64,000 bases of DNA from Octopus sinensis. Taxonomy: Eukaryota. Positions 1-14,430 of this stretch are shown piece by piece; the first letter of the stretch is position 1, and each line of letters starts with the position of its first letter. The stretch lies in assembly GCF_006345805.1 (NCBI RefSeq), contig NC_042999.1, positions 155,372,001 to 155,436,000 of the forward strand, read 5' to 3'. The position numbers and the translations under genes were made by a program. The notes under the pieces are model-generated. The model saw nothing but the letters and a program-made list of their open reading frames with translations. It did not search any database and was not told the DNA's origin.

Positions 1-573
1 TCTCAATCAGAAAGCGGAGGCTCGATTAATAACATAATCTTAAGATATTGTCCGCACATGACACTTAGACACGACACTTAGACAGATTACGGAGGCAATA
101 TACATTAGCAGTAGACAGACCAAGCCCAACAGGAAACATGAATGGAATAACACCCTTCCACTCCACCACACTAGGCAACCTGCGACTATAGACAGAATGA
201 GAGAAAAAAAAAGAGACAGATACAATTAGCATAAAACATAAACCCAAATGCACACACACGCACACACACACGCATACACACACACAACACACATACACAT
301 ATTAAAGACGGAATGAGAAAGAAAAGCAAAAAAAAACAAATAAATAACTAAATAACTGAATAAATAAAATTACTAAATAAAAGACTCTGGAACAAACAGT
401 GTAGCAAGTAAACTCGTATACACTCACATAAAGCATACCAACAGAGACATGCACGCACGCGCACGCACACACACGTACACACACACATAGGCGAAACTAG
501 TGCACAGATAAGGATACATACCACAGAAAAACAGAATCGACTGAGTAGAAAAAGAGACACTTGGAATAAAAAG

Positions 574-614
574 TCACTGAAGAGGTCACAGAGAGTGTGA
601 CGAAAGAACTTTGA
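574..614 (+). ncRNA. Minimal type-I hammerhead-ribozyme-like motif
   Basis: TCA-CTGAAGA-G-GTCACA(GAGAG)TGTGAC-GAAA-GAAC-TT-TGA: conserved core boxes, perfect 6-bp stem II, short stems I and III. Confidence 0.55.
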
Positions 615-689
615 GAAAAAAACTACTACTACAACAACAACAGCAAGAAGAAGAAGAAGAAGAAGAAGAGCTTTTTCATAATTTCTGTA

Positions 690-1320
690 GTTATCTTTAT
701 GTCTTCTTGGACTTCTATATTTCTCTAACCTATCTTGGATTTCATGCAGCCACTCCGCTTATCATTATCCTCTACAGGTTGGTCCCAGATCCCTCTCCAG
801 AATACCTTGCTTTCCTCTGCATCTAGTATCATTGTTACGTGCATTTGCCCATCTAGTTCCTGAAACAGTTTCTTCTGATTCGCTTCGAACACTCTTTTTT
901 GCCTAAACTGTCTTTTCCTATTGTCATATCTTTCCAGTTTTGCATTGATTGCTTCTACTCTTTGTTTCAATTCTTCCAATATCACATCATATTCTTAACC
1001 TTTATCTCTTATTCTATATGTTCTCCCCTGTATTATTCTTATGCTTTCCTTCTGCAATTCCCCTCTTCTCTATCAATTTGTCCTAAATGTCTTTTTAACT
1101 TTGTTTCTCAGAAATTCGTCTACGCCAGTATGGTTCTTTACCTTCTGTTCGTTCTTTTCTTTTGTATCCAACTCTATCTGCAGTAATCTTGTTAGTTTAA
1201 GTTATATTTCTCGTCTGGAATAGCCCAAGGACCGAATCTACCTTTCCGGATTCAACCTTGAATTTGCGTCAGTCTCTGTACCTCAGGTTGAGGGGTGCTT
1301 GATCCTGGTCTTCTCTAATA
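690..1320 (-). mobile_element. R4/Dong-type non-LTR retrotransposon fragment (region upstream of RT), degraded
   Basis: Minus-strand peptide LEELKQRVEAINAKLERYDNRKRQFRQKRVFEANQKKLFQEL...FWRGIWDQP resembles the pre-RT region of R4/Dong ORFs; abuts a (GAA)n tract at ~646-669. Confidence 0.65.
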
Positions 1321-1324
1321 TTTT

Positions 1325-1480
1325 TTTACTTGTTCCAGTCATTGTAAGCCTAGTACTTATTCTATCGGTCTCTCTTGCCGAACCGCTAATTGGCGGGGAC
1401 GTAAATACACCAGTATCGGTTGTAAAGCGATGTTGGGGGGACAAACAGACACACACAAACACACATACACACGCACACAC

Positions 1481-1522
<42 letters not shown>

Positions 1523-1695
1523 TATATATACGACGGGCTTCTTTCAGTTTCCGTCTACCAAATCCACTCACAAGGCTTTGGTCGGCCCGAGGCTATAGTA
1601 GAAGACACTTGCCCAAGGTGCCACGCAATGGCACTGAACCCGGAACCATGTGGCTGGTAAGCAAGCTACTTACCACACAGCCACTCCTGTGCCTA
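1325..1695 (-). mobile_element. tRNA-derived CORE-like SINE (family A)
   Basis: Head GTGGCTGTGTGGTAAG...GGTTCAGT, CORE-like CCTTGGGCAAGT, internal (TG)n; more than 10 related copies in the window. Confidence 0.85.
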
Positions 1696-2451
1696 TATCT
1701 ACACAGCATCCTCAATGTCTTGTTGATCATCATCGTATTCTTCTGATATAACTCTTCATATTACTTACTATTAAATCAACATATTTTACACAAGACACTC
1801 GTACATATATCTTAATTTTCCGTTCGTCCAATACAGTGGTTCCTTACTTGAGTCCATCGAGAAACCTTTCAACCATTTTCTAAAAATCGCGAAACCCATC
1901 CCTCTCCCCTCACCTGAATTCTAATAGGACAGTAAAAGAAGTATATAGTGTTTAGAGAAAACTTGTTTTTTTTTTTTTGTCTTGAATTCTTTTACTTGAT
2001 TTAGTCATTGTAGTACGGCCATGCTGGGGCATAGCTTTGAATCTAATCGAATCCAGTACTTTTTTTAAAAGAATGCTACTTTTCAAGTTTTTTTTTTTTT
2101 TTTTTTTTTTTTTGCCAAACCACTAAGACACGAAGACATAAGCAAACCAAAATCGGACGCGCGCGCACACACATGCACACACACACATACATATATATAC
2201 ACACACGCACGCACCATTGCGCATGGAAGCACACATGTGCACATGAGCGCACACACACATGCACATACACGCACACGCACGCACACACACGCGCAACAGC
2301 AGACATGCACACACATACACAGACACACATGGTGCGCACGTACATACACACACAGAGAAGTACACATACACGCACATGCATGCACGCGCACACATATCAT
2401 ATATGCTGGAGGTGGTTGTATTGATGGTAGTGGTAGTGGTGGTGGTAGTAG

Positions 2452-2493
<42 letters not shown>

Positions 2494-2911
2494 CCACCCC
2501 ATCCACCACTCTCGCTGTGGCTGAGGTAGTAGTAAAGACGATAATGATGATAATAAAACCACACGTTTCTTTCTCTTTTTCTTTTTTCTACCGAAATATT
2601 AAAGTGTAATTAAGGAGAGACTTGGCTGCTATTTGCAATGGAATTTTTTAAAATTTATCCCAAGTGGGATTTGAACGCAGAAATACGATCACCGAAGTTG
2701 ATGTGGAACAACAAACCCAACCCTTAACTAATCTCCGCGGTCTGCAACAAATAAAATAAACTGATTCTTTAATATTTTGTGAATTTACAGTGAAATTAAA
2801 TTTAACCGCCCTAAGCAGGATTTGAAAGCAGAACTACGGTAACTAAAGTAGATGACCTGAATCACCAAACTGAACCCTGTCTTATCTCTGTGACATACAA
2901 GCACCAAGATG

Positions 2912-3293
2912 TGGAGGCGCAATGGCCCAGTGGTTAGGGCAGCGGACTCGCGGTCATAGGATCGCGGTTTCGATTCCCAGACCGGGCGTTGTGAGTGTTT
3001 ATTGAGCGAAAACACCTAAAGTTCCACGAGGCTCCGGCAGGGGATGGTGGTGATCCCTGCTCTACTTTTTCACCACAACTTTCTCTCACTCTTGCTTCCT
3101 GTTTCTGTTGTACTTGTATTTCAAGGGGCCGGCCTTGTCACTCTCTGTGCCACGCTGAATATCCCCGAGAACTACGTTAAGGGTACACGTGTCTGTGGAG
3201 TGCTCAGCCACTTACACGTTAATTTCACAAGCAGGCTGTTCCGTTGATTCGGATCAGCCGGAACCCTCGTCGTCGTAACCGACGGAGTGCTTC
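2912..3293 (+). mobile_element. tRNA-derived SINE (family C, body type a)
   Basis: Head GGAGGCGCAATGGCCCAGTGGTTAGGGCAGCGGACTCGCGG...GGTTTCGATTCC with A and B boxes; near-identical copies at ~16131-16510 and ~19660-20039. Confidence 0.85.
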
Positions 3294-3329
3294 CCATCTT
3301 TACTGATTACGTAATGACTATAACAGTAT

Positions 3330-3975
3330 TGGCTTCAAATTTTGACACACGGCCGGCAATTTCAGAGGAGGGTGTAAGTCGATTAGATTGACCCCAGTGT
3401 CCAATTGGTACCGATTTTCTCGACCCCGAAAGAATGAAAGGCAAAGCTGGCCTCGGCGGAATTTGAACTCAGAACATTAAGACGGACGACATGCCGCTAA
3501 ACATATTGTCCCGCGTGCAAGCGATTCTACCAGCACGACATCTTAATAACTATTATATATTTCTTTATTGCCCACAAGGGGCTAAACGTAGAGGGGACAA
3601 ACAAGGACAGACAAAGGGATTAAGTCGATTATATCGACCCCAGTGCGAAACTGGTACTTTATTTATCGACCCCGAAAGGATAAAAGACAAAGTTGTCCTC
3701 GGCGGAATTTGAACTCAGAACATAACGACAGACGAAATACCTATTTCTTTACTACTCACAAGGGGCTAAAGACAGAGGGGACAAACAAGGACAGACAAAC
3801 GGATTGAGTCGATTACATCGACTCCAGTGCGAAACTGGTACTTAATTTATCGACCCCGAAAGGATGAAAGGCAAAGTTGACTTCGGCAGAATTTGAACTC
3901 AGAACGTAACGGCAGACGAAATACGGCTACGCATTTCGCCCGGCGTGCTAACGTTTCTGCCAGCTCGCCGCCTTG
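3330..3975 (-). mobile_element. Nin-domain-like SINE cluster (family B), tandem units
   Basis: Reverse complement of AAGGCGGCGAGCTGGCAGAAACG...GAGTTCAAATTCC...GCCTTTCATCCTTTCGGGGTCGATAAA (Nin-domain-like motif), repeated. Confidence 0.8.
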
Positions 3976-4676
3976 CATCTTAGTAACTATTATAATATTA
4001 ATTTGAAGAACTGTAGTATCCTCTTTTTTCGACTTTAAAAAAAGGTCAAAATATAGTAGCTTTATTTGTACATCAAATAGTTCAGTATATTTTAATGTGA
4101 CCTTTAAATTCATTGACAAATTGGTACAATCTGGAAATATAGAAATAAAATTACTAAGTAGAAAGATATAAATAAAAAGAAAAATTAGACAGAAATAGAA
4201 AAAAACAAGACTGTCACCACCAATAATAATAATAATGGTTCCTGCAGGTGGTGTGAAATATTCGGTTTTAGCAGAGAAGCTGTAGTGTCGACGTAATACA
4301 TAATTGACCAAATGTCAACATGTCATACACAAAGCGACAATAACATCGTTTGGAAATGATGTAGTTGATAGTAAAACTGGGTTAATTACTAATCTAGGAC
4401 TTTTTACACAGGGGACAGTATGAAAGATTATTTTAAGGAAGTGGGTTTTTTTAACTCTTTTTTTTTTCTTTGTTATTTTGCTTTTGTTTACATGGAGTGC
4501 ACGCAGGCGCAGAACAGCGAGAATTCAAACAAAAACGTATCTATTTTTTGTTTTTTTTTTGTTTCTTTCTTTTAATTCGTTCTGTAGATTCAAACATGAG
4601 TATCTGTTCAGCTGCCAACCCAGGCTCCGCAGCTCGTCAAACTGAGAAGGGAAAACTGTCAAAGAATCGACCGCTT

Positions 4677-5095
4677 TCTTATTTCTTTGCTGCCCACAAG
4701 GGGCTACACACAGAGAAGACAAACAAGGACAGACAAAGGGATTAAGTCGATTATATCGACCCCAGTGCATAACTGGTACTTAATTTATCGACCCCGGAAG
4801 GATGAAAGGCAAAGTCGACCTCAGTGGAATTTGAACTCAGAACGTAACGGCAGACGAAATACATATTTCTTTACTACCCACAAGGTGCTACACACAGAGG
4901 GAACAAACAAGGACAGACAAACGAATTAAGTCGATTACATCGACCCCAGTGCGTAACTGGTACTTATTTAATCGACCCCGAAAGGATGAAAGACAAAGTC
5001 GACCTCGGCGGAATTTGAACTCAGAAGGTAACGGCAGACGAAATACAGCTAAGCATTTCGCCTGGCGTGCTAACGTTTCTGCCAGTTCGCCGCCT
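4677..5095 (-). mobile_element. Nin-domain-like SINE (family B), dimer
   Basis: Two tandem ~180-bp body units with a single head near 5095. Confidence 0.8.
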
Positions 5096-5839
5096 AATCA
5101 GCCGCTTTCTGACAGGTTTGTAGTTGAGCTTGTGACAGTGCAGACCTCCGGCGTTCTTGGACCCCGGACCACATCCCTGCACACTGCTTTCGGGGCTGAG
5201 ATGGCATATCCGCCAGTGCAGGCCTCGTGAATCTAAGTGGCTGTTCTAACGCATCTCCTTCGCTATCCTCAACGCCTTTTCCATTTTGTCTGTTGGGACC
5301 ATGGGACAAACTAACAAACGTCTTTAGATATTTTTTTACTGTGAGGAAGAAGAAAGATATGATGATTTACGAAAGGCCCTTCATCATAATTATAAAAGTA
5401 TCTGATCGCAACTGTTTTTCGCCAACGCGATGCACCGGTATAAGGAGACTTGTTTCGACCTGGTTGAGTCTCTCCTCAGTCGAAGTTACGCCACCGTACT
5501 AAGCTAGATCCAAAACAATGAGTGGCATAATTATTCTTAATATGTTCCGCATGTTTCTAGCAGAACAAGAGACTCCAAAAGCAAGCGTTGAATTAGGTCC
5601 GCCTCTTGAAGTAGAGAGAATTGATTTTAACTGAGAATTGAAATATAACCAAAATAATGAGCTTTCTTTTTTTAACATATAACTATGATATATCTCTGAA
5701 AGAAAATAAGAAAGTCCTTCCATAATTGCTTTTGGTGAAAATAATATTTAACTGGGCCCCACCCGATAAACCAACGGTATTGTGATTCTATACTTAATGC
5801 TTATATGTTTGTGTATGTATTTATGAATCTGTTTATGCA

Positions 5840-5844
5840 CATTA

Positions 5845-5884
<40 letters not shown>

Positions 5885-6032
5885 TATATATATATAATAT
5901 ATATATATATAATATACATATACATATATACATATATCATATATACATATATACACACACATATATATGTGCATATATATATCATATATAATATATATGC
6001 ATATATATACATATATATATTTAAATATATAT

Positions 6033-6098
<66 letters not shown>

Positions 6099-6833
6099 CA
6101 CATATATACATTTATATATATCATATATATATATATGTATATACATATATATGTGTGCGCGTGTGTGTGTGGTGTACATGTATGTATTGCTTTTTTTTTT
6201 TGTCATTTGGTTACGGATAAATTGATGGCGAAATGATTCGAGAAGGATTCCACAGTTTATATTATGATACCAATTGAGGGGAAGGACCATACTCTAGAAT
6301 TTTAAAAACCCATATGTTTTCGGGTGGAGCTGTAATTCCTCTGATTCTTGAGATATATGCGTGTATATATATATAATCTGTGAGAGAGGCTGAACGTGTG
6401 TATCTACCAATCTATATATTATATATATACACATGTATTCAAGCATACATATATATGTATATGTAAATATACATACACGTATATATATATATATATATAT
6501 AATTTGTATATATGCATATATACACATACATATATATATGCATATACATATACATATATGTATGTATATACATACATATATACATATGTATATACTTATA
6601 TGTGTATGTATATATATGTTATGTATGTATGTCTATCCATATATATAAGGGTATGTATGTATGTATGTATGAATGTCTGTATGCATTAGGTATTATGTAT
6701 GTATGTGTGTGTGCGCGTGTGTTATATTATATACATATGGCCCCGAGCAAAAACAAAAACGGGGCAAATATGTTGGGAAGCACGTTAAATGTGTAGTTAT
6801 ATGTACATATATATATACATATATATTTATATA

Positions 6834-6875
<42 letters not shown>

Positions 6876-6985
6876 TATATCTATGTAGTGTATGTGTATA
6901 GTGTGTGTGTATATATGTGTGGTGTGCATATATATGTGTGCGTCATATATATATATATATATATAATATATATATAATATATACA
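5840..6985. repeat. (AT)n / (ATAC)n compound microsatellite field
   Basis: Visible directly; source of the YI-repeat ORFs. Confidence 0.95.
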
Positions 6986-7019
6986 TATTGCAATTTAAGT
7001 AGGTTATTTGTTCCAACTG

Positions 7020-7630
7020 CTACAATACTCCCCGTACACCCGCACGCATTTTTAACAGCATTTTGAGGAGAAAAACCTGTGCTACAAAGTTGCACATAGA
7101 ATTATATGAAGAAAAACGAAGCCCTCATAATTCCCATGTTTTCATCTGGAAACAATAATTGCAGCCTTGAAAATAACCCTCTCCCTAACAGTCTTGGGTA
7201 TTCCAAGGTATTATTTGGCTGTTTACGCCTTAGATGGTCACCAATAGCTACAGATGAAAGTATACCCCATACCGTGATTCCATCTCCTTTGTTCTTCATA
7301 AATTGTTGAAATCCCTTCAGGGTGTGATCTCTCACCAGCTCTGCGAAATCTTGACTTGGGGACTTTCTCAAACCAGTTTGAAATCCAGTTACGATTCTTT
7401 GCCAAAATGTGCGATCTGTTCTTATGGATTTTCTGGATAGACAGAGATCACATGCTTGTACAAACAATCGATCCGGCTCCGACCAACGAGTTCACCACGT
7501 TCCTCACGAATGCCGAGGCGTAGAGTTCATGTTCGAAGTTTCGGTGGGAATACAGGTTCCCATATGGCCCCTAGTCACGTGTATTCACACCTTGGATTAG
7601 CTTGATCCGTGGCAGTCCATCTTGGGGACA
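7020..7630 (-). mobile_element. Degenerate Tc1-like transposase fragment
   Basis: Minus-strand GDGITVWGILSSVAIGD...NTLEYPRLL resembles the Tc1 DDE-region motif GGSVMVWG..S..G.G.L.....MN...Y..IL; frameshifted, no TIRs seen. Confidence 0.45.
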
Positions 7631-7689
7631 ACCACAGACACGCAACATACACACACACATATATAGATATACATATATATATATATATA

Positions 7690-7743
<54 letters not shown>

Positions 7744-7758
7744 ATATATATACATATC

Positions 7759-7867
<109 letters not shown>

Positions 7868-8078
7868 ATATAATATATATATATATATTATATTATATAT
7901 ATAATACACCACACATATATACGACGGGCTTCCTTCAGCCTCCGAGCACCAGATCCACTCACAAGGCCCTGGTCGGCCTGAGGCTAAGCAGAAGACACTT
8001 GCCCATGGTGCCACGCAGCGGGACTGAACCCGGAACCATATTAACACCTCCCACTCCTACGACTAGTGTGGATTCTCA

Positions 8079-8178
8079 NNNNNNNNNNNNNNNNNNNNNN
8101 NNNNNNNNNNNNNNNNNNNNNNNNNNNNNNNNNNNNNNNNNNNNNNNNNNNNNNNNNNNNNNNNNNNNNNNNNNNNNN
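8079..8178. other. Assembly gap (100 N)
   Basis: Run of N; true size unknown. Confidence 1.
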
Positions 8179-8810
8179 CCAGCAAAAGACAGGCATGGTC
8201 TGTCACAGACTGAGTACACAAAAAGGTCATTGTCATTCACCTCGATCGTTACATTCTTCCCTAGATCTCTTTTGAGTCTTACTTGCGTTATCCTGGCCTT
8301 TTCAAATACTTTCACTCTACTTCACACCTTTGTTCACCATCCAACTCGATCCGAAACAAGGGTTTCTATATCTTCTGGAACCATTCCAAGTGACTTCATA
8401 GTAGTCCTTATGCCGTCCTTAAATCTCTTTTGAAGTTTACGCCGATAGCGTTTCCCCTCTGCAAGCTCACCATAAAACAACTGTTTCGGCATGCGTTCAT
8501 CTGCCATTCGAACCATCTCAATTGGTTCCTCAAAATCATAGCTGTAATTGAGGTGATGCCTGCAGATGCAAGGACATCTGTGTTTGGAGAAAAAGAACTC
8601 CATTTAATTGGAATTGTTCTATTTAAAATTTAAAATGCCTTTCATAACAAGTCCAAGTTTCACAGGAACACAACAAGGATGGTAAGACAAATGATTTGTA
8701 AAGAGCCAGCTTTGTATTCTTATTTATATGTCATTGGCACCAAACGCATGACTCCAAGCCACCAAATGCTTTTGCTGCCCTTTGAATTCGCAGCTGTATC
8801 TCCAGAAAAA
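8179..8810 (-). mobile_element. RTE-clade LINE 3' ORF fragment
   Basis: VRMADERMPKQLFYGELAEGKR...KRFKD is the typical RTE C-terminal motif; upstream KLALYKS..LPSLL..CETW region is frameshifted. Confidence 0.8.
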
Positions 8811-9393
8811 TAGCTGTATGGTAAGCTTGCTATCCATATGGTTCCGGGTTCAGTCCCACTGCATGGCACCTTGAGCAAGTGTCTTCTACTATAGCTTCGG
8901 GTTGACTAAAAGCCTTGTGAGTGGATTTGGTAGATGGAAACTGAAAGAAGCTCATCGCAGTATGTATATATGTATATATCTATGTGTGTGTGTGTGCGTG
9001 TGTCTTTGTGTCTGTGCTTGTCCACCACCCATTACTGGTTGATAACCGGTGATGGTGTGTTTATGTCCCCGTAACTTAGCAGTTCGGCAAAAGAATAAGT
9101 CCTGGGATCGATTTGTTTGACTAAAACGCTTCAAGTAAAAAAAGTCAAAGAATAACAAATACATTTCATAGAGTGTAGATTCTGATTATGTGGAAATCTA
9201 TTGTGAAAAAAAAAAATTCTCCAGGGATGTGGAGAGGAGTTTCGGAAAATTTCCACGTGCCGGCTTTGTTTCCTCATAACTTTCAGAAAAATGGTTATTT
9301 TTTTAATGAAATTTCCTACAAGTGCTTTTCTGATGTTGTAGATTACGATCATATCAGAGTTTAATAATATTACTAATACAAATAATAATAATA

Positions 9394-9441
<48 letters not shown>

Positions 9442-9467
9442 GAAGAAGAAGAAGAAGAAGAAGAAGA

Positions 9468-11528
9468 GCAGACAGAAAGGATGCCGCAAAGGCTCATATG
9501 GCTGTAAAGATCAACTCAATGATAATAAAGCCATAACTGAAGACAGCCACAGAAAGAAGAAAGGCTCAGTATGGCCTGGATTGACTACAAAAAGGCGTTT
9601 GATAGCATCCCCCCACACATGGATCCTCGAAACACTAGCCATTAACAAAGTAGTAGCACCAACAATCATAAAATTCATAGAGCACTCTATGAATAAATGG
9701 CAAACAGTCCTACACCTCCAAACAAAAGAGGGACTCATGAAAACCAAAGACATTCCCATTAGAAGAGGAATATTCCAGGGAGACACGCTCTCTCCACTCC
9801 TTTCTGCTTGGCACTGTCACCTCTATCTGATATGCTAAATAGACTGGATGCGGATATAAATGTTACGGCACAAACGATCAGCCACCTTTTATATATGGAT
9901 GACCTAAAACTATACGCTGCAAATGACAAACAGCTGGAAACACTATTAAAGACAGTTCATGGATTTACAAAGAAATAGATATTAAATTTGGATTAGAAAA
10001 ATGCGCCAAAGTAACCATGAAAAGAGGAAAACTAGTTAAGAGTAACAACATCACACTAGATAACACCAATGAAATAAAAATTAGACCAAAGCCAAACTTA
10101 CAAATCTTAGGAATCCATGAACTAGATAAGACACAAACACACAACAAATGAAAGAAATAAAAAAGAATATTATAGACGAGTTAGATCAATACTAACACAG
10201 AGCTCAATGCTAAAAACAAGATAATAGGTATCAACACTTTAGCTGTCCCAGTTATAAGTTACAGCTACAATATCCTTAACTGGACACGAAATGAACTGAC
10301 CAAAATAGATAGAAAACAAGAAAAATAATGACAGGATCTAGTGCATCACCAAAATCTGACATAGAAAGACTATATATACAACGTATAGAAGGTGGTAGAG
10401 GCCTTATACAGCTGGAAAACTACTATAAAATAACCACCATAGGACTGCAAAAATATCTACTTCAGAAGGAAGGAACTGATCCAGATAGCGGCAAAACACG
10501 AGCAAAACAAAAAACTGTTCTCAGTATTTAAGGAAGCTGACAAATACAAACAAGAAATCATACCACCTAATAAACATGAAGAAGAAGAAGATGAAGAAAC
10601 ACAACATAAAACAAATAAAAAAAACAAAATCCAAACTAAAAATAGAACAGCAACGAACCATGATAAAACGATGGCAAGAAAAGCCCCTTCATGGTAATAC
10701 TGGACTAAACTAAACGCAAAAGAAATAGACAAAGAAAAATCCCAGCAATGGTTGAGAAGCTCAGGACTCAAAGCAGAAACAGAGGTTTTTAATTGCAAAG
10801 CACAAGACCAAAGCCTCCCCCCCCAGAAATTACCAAAAACATGTAATGAAAAGAAATATTACAAGTAACTGCAGAATTGTGAGATGGACAAGAAACAATA
10901 AATCATTTATCTCTAGCTGCCCAGTCTTGGCTAAGAAGGAATATATTCACAGACATGACAGAGTTGGAACCTACATACATTGGAAGCTATGCCAACATTA
11001 TGGAATAACAACAGAAAAAGATGGTATAGGTACACACCAGAAAAGGTCACAGAAAACGAGAAAGCAACCATACTCTGGGATATGCCGATACACACAGATA
11101 GAGAAATTAAGGCCAACAGACCAGATATAGTTGTCAGAGATCATGAAGAAAAAAAATGCTTTCTAATTGATGTATCAATACCGGCAGATGACAATGTGTC
11201 TCTAAAAGAAATGGAGAAACTCTCAAAATACAAAGACCTGGAAATAGAGGTAACTAGAATGTGGAACCTGAAAACAGAAACAATTCCTATCATAGTAGGT
11301 GCATTAGGCATGATAAAAAAATACTCAGACAAATACATAACAAAAACACCAGGACTTACAACACATATAACATACAGAAAATTGCACTACTAGGCACTGC
11401 ACACATCCTACGCAGAACACTTTCCATACAATAACCATCAGAGCATCACAACAAATCACAGCACATACCCAAGGCACACAGAGCTGCGCTTGGTAGTGAA
11501 GTGAAAGCATGCTATAAAAATAAAACTA

Positions 11529-11531
<3 letters not shown>
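9468..11531 (+). mobile_element. 5'-truncated R4/Dong-clade LINE (RT + CCHC + restriction-like endonuclease), frameshifted
   Basis: KGCRKGSYGCKDQL, AWIDYKKAFDSIPHTW, RGIFQGDTLSPL, HLLYMDDLKLY, SSCPVLAKKEYIHRHDRV, RPDIVVRD..LIDV..K..KY; (TAA)n on both flanks, the known Dong target. Confidence 0.92.
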
Positions 11532-11591
<60 letters not shown>

Positions 11592-11789
11592 TCATGGAAT
11601 ACAACACACATACACACATACATACTAACACACATCAAATATATCCAGAAAATGAAATTTGAAATTTCGAAAAAAAATTATGATGTGTGAGTATGTGTGC
11701 GTGTTCACTATTTTTCTTTTCACATTATGTCCCAAAACAGTCGTAATTTACACATTCTGTAAAATATTTACAAAAAAATTCTTTTATTC

Positions 11790-12190
11790 TTTTACTTGTT
11801 TCTGTCATTTGACTGCAGCCATGCTGGAGCATTGCCTATAGTCGAGCAAATCGACCCCAGGTCTTATTCTTTGTAAGCCTAGTACTTATTTTACTCTTTT
11901 ATAGTACTCTTTTGCTGATCCGCTAGAGTTACGGGGATGTAAACACACCAGCATCGGTTGACAAGCGATGTTGGGGGGACAAACACAGTTTATACAAACA
12001 CACACACACACACACATATATATATACATACGACGGGCTTCTTTCAGCTTCCGCCTACCAAATCCACTCACAAGGCTTTGGTGGGACTGAGGCTACAGTA
12101 GAAGACACTTGCCCAATGTTCCACGCAGTGGGACTGAACCCGGAACCATGTGGTTGGTAAGCAAGCTACTTAGCTCACAGCCACTCCTGC
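11790..12190 (-). mobile_element. tRNA-derived CORE-like SINE (family A), full length
   Basis: Same head, CORE-like block, (TG)n and tail as the 1325-1695 copy. Confidence 0.85.
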
Positions 12191-12625
12191 GCGTATATAT
12201 TGAAGATTCCATGGAAAAATGCCCGTTTCTCTGAAAGTTAGGAGGAAACAAAGTTAACTCGTGTGAATTTTCCGAAGCTATATTCTGATATAATTGCAAT
12301 CTACACTCTCGTTAAAAAATATTCGTTTTTCTGAAAGTTATGAGGAAACAAAGTCGAGAGTGGCACACTTGTAGGTATGCTCAGATATATCCATGTGTGA
12401 GTGTGTGGATGTGTGTGTGTGTGTTTTGCTACCACCACCACCTCCATTGCTTGACAACCGGTGTTAGTTTGATTATGTCCCCAACTTAGCGATTCGAAAA
12501 GGAAAACCGTAACTGAGTAAAAATACAAATTCCGAGGTCGGTTTATTCGACTAAAAGGCGGTGCTCCAGCATGGTCGTAGTCCAACGCCTGAAACAAAAG
12601 ATACGCTAAATATGTATACTGCACA

Positions 12626-12658
<33 letters not shown>

Positions 12659-13906
12659 GGTTGTAAATTGCGTTGTTGACGCCGCCCACCTATGTCCGCC
12701 ACCATCACCCCTGTAGCTAACACTCCCCACCGTCATGTCCGCCACCGACACCGCTACACCACCAGAACTGCCTTATCCCTCCCCACTACTGCCACTACCA
12801 CTAACACAGCTTTCAGCGCCCCCACCACCACCACCACCATACCGTCAAGCTATAACTATCACCGCCGCAGCAGATATATTCCCCCACCGCCACCGCCACC
12901 GCCAAAGCAATTATCACCACCACCACCACCACCACACCGTCACCACCATACAGCAATATCTATTCCCGCCATCACCACCACCACCCCGCTAACTTCGTTG
13001 CTGACGCCACCCCATCCCCCAAAAGCGCTACCCCTTTTCCACCCCTCCGTCGTCGTTGTCGGGGTGACGGTAGCAGTCGTTACCGCGACAGAGAAGGAAA
13101 GAGACAACACAAGTTTTTTTACTGTTTCTCTGAGCGGGTGTCCAGTCGGCGGACCTTCTCTACATCACACGCTACAGTGACACCATCATATATATATAAA
13201 ATTGTATCTATCTATATATATAGGCTCTCCAATATCACCTTACCCGCTCGATTTTCACACATATATGTGTTAAGGGCATTTATCACTTTGATTAACATTT
13301 AATAATAATAATAATAGTAATAATAATAATAAATAGAATTATTGTTATACTTTTTCCTTTTTCTCTTTCACACATATTATACATATAAAGATTATACACA
13401 TATTTTTCTTCTTTTAATACATAACAAATACACACAGACATAGTTTTCTAATATACAATAGTTAACACACATACACTTGTATAAATAACTTTCTTTCTAT
13501 ATTTTCAGTAAATATATTTTGCTTTCTTTTTATACATACACATATAATGACAATTTAATGCTTCTGTAAGTTTACACACAATAAACAAATACATAAGTAT
13601 GGTATATATAAGTATATATATGTACTCATATATATAACTATACCCGCAGTCACTTACACTCAGATAACGTCCGCTGTTGGATTGGGGGAAAGCCCTGCTC
13701 TGTTCTTAACAATGACAAACATCTATGTGTGAAATATCAAGACTCTATGAATATAAAATATAACACAAATGTTAGAAATCTTACAAACTGTCCCTGCTTC
13801 AAAGAATATTAGATTTCTACGCGCTTGATTACTTAATCGATAATACGGGAACTTTTAATGAAAGGAACACTTTGTTAAACAGATATATATTAATATATAT
13901 CAAACG

Positions 13907-13967
13907 ATGGATCCTTTAAGGAAATTAAGTTTTTGGATAGTTACATTATTAGCACTTGGCTTGTCAG
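13907..13967 (+). CDS. Putative first coding exon of a secreted or membrane protein (signal peptide MDPLRKLSFWIVTLLALGLS)
   Basis: ATG in good context (aacgATGG); basic n-region plus hydrophobic h-region; ends in a strong donor CAG|GTAAGA in phase 1; lies in non-repetitive sequence. Confidence 0.6.
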
Positions 13968-14029
13968 GTAAGAGAAACTTTTCTGGTTTTTAAAAAATTT
14001 TAAACTCAATTTGTGTGATCTTTTTATGT

Positions 14030-14101
14030 CTGTCTACCTATCTATCCATTTATCTTTCAATTTATTTATCTTTCTATCAGTCTAGCTATTTAACCTATCT
14101 G

Positions 14102-14177
<76 letters not shown>

Positions 14178-14249
14178 CTATCTGTTTATCTATCTATCTA
14201 TCTATCTATATCTATCTATTATCTATCTATCTCTCTATCTATCTATCTA

Positions 14250-14322
<73 letters not shown>

Positions 14323-14323
14323 C

Positions 14324-14361
<38 letters not shown>

Positions 14362-14390
14362 TTCTATCAGTCTAGCTATTAACCTATCTG

Positions 14391-14430
<40 letters not shown>

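Noticed and set aside
5095-5720. Coding-looking unique stretch
   Set aside because: Frames are short or interrupted, with no recognisable motif or convincing splice pair.
12692-13180. Pro/Thr/His-rich 162-aa ORF
   Set aside because: Derived from degenerate (CCA)n repeats; no splice or domain support.
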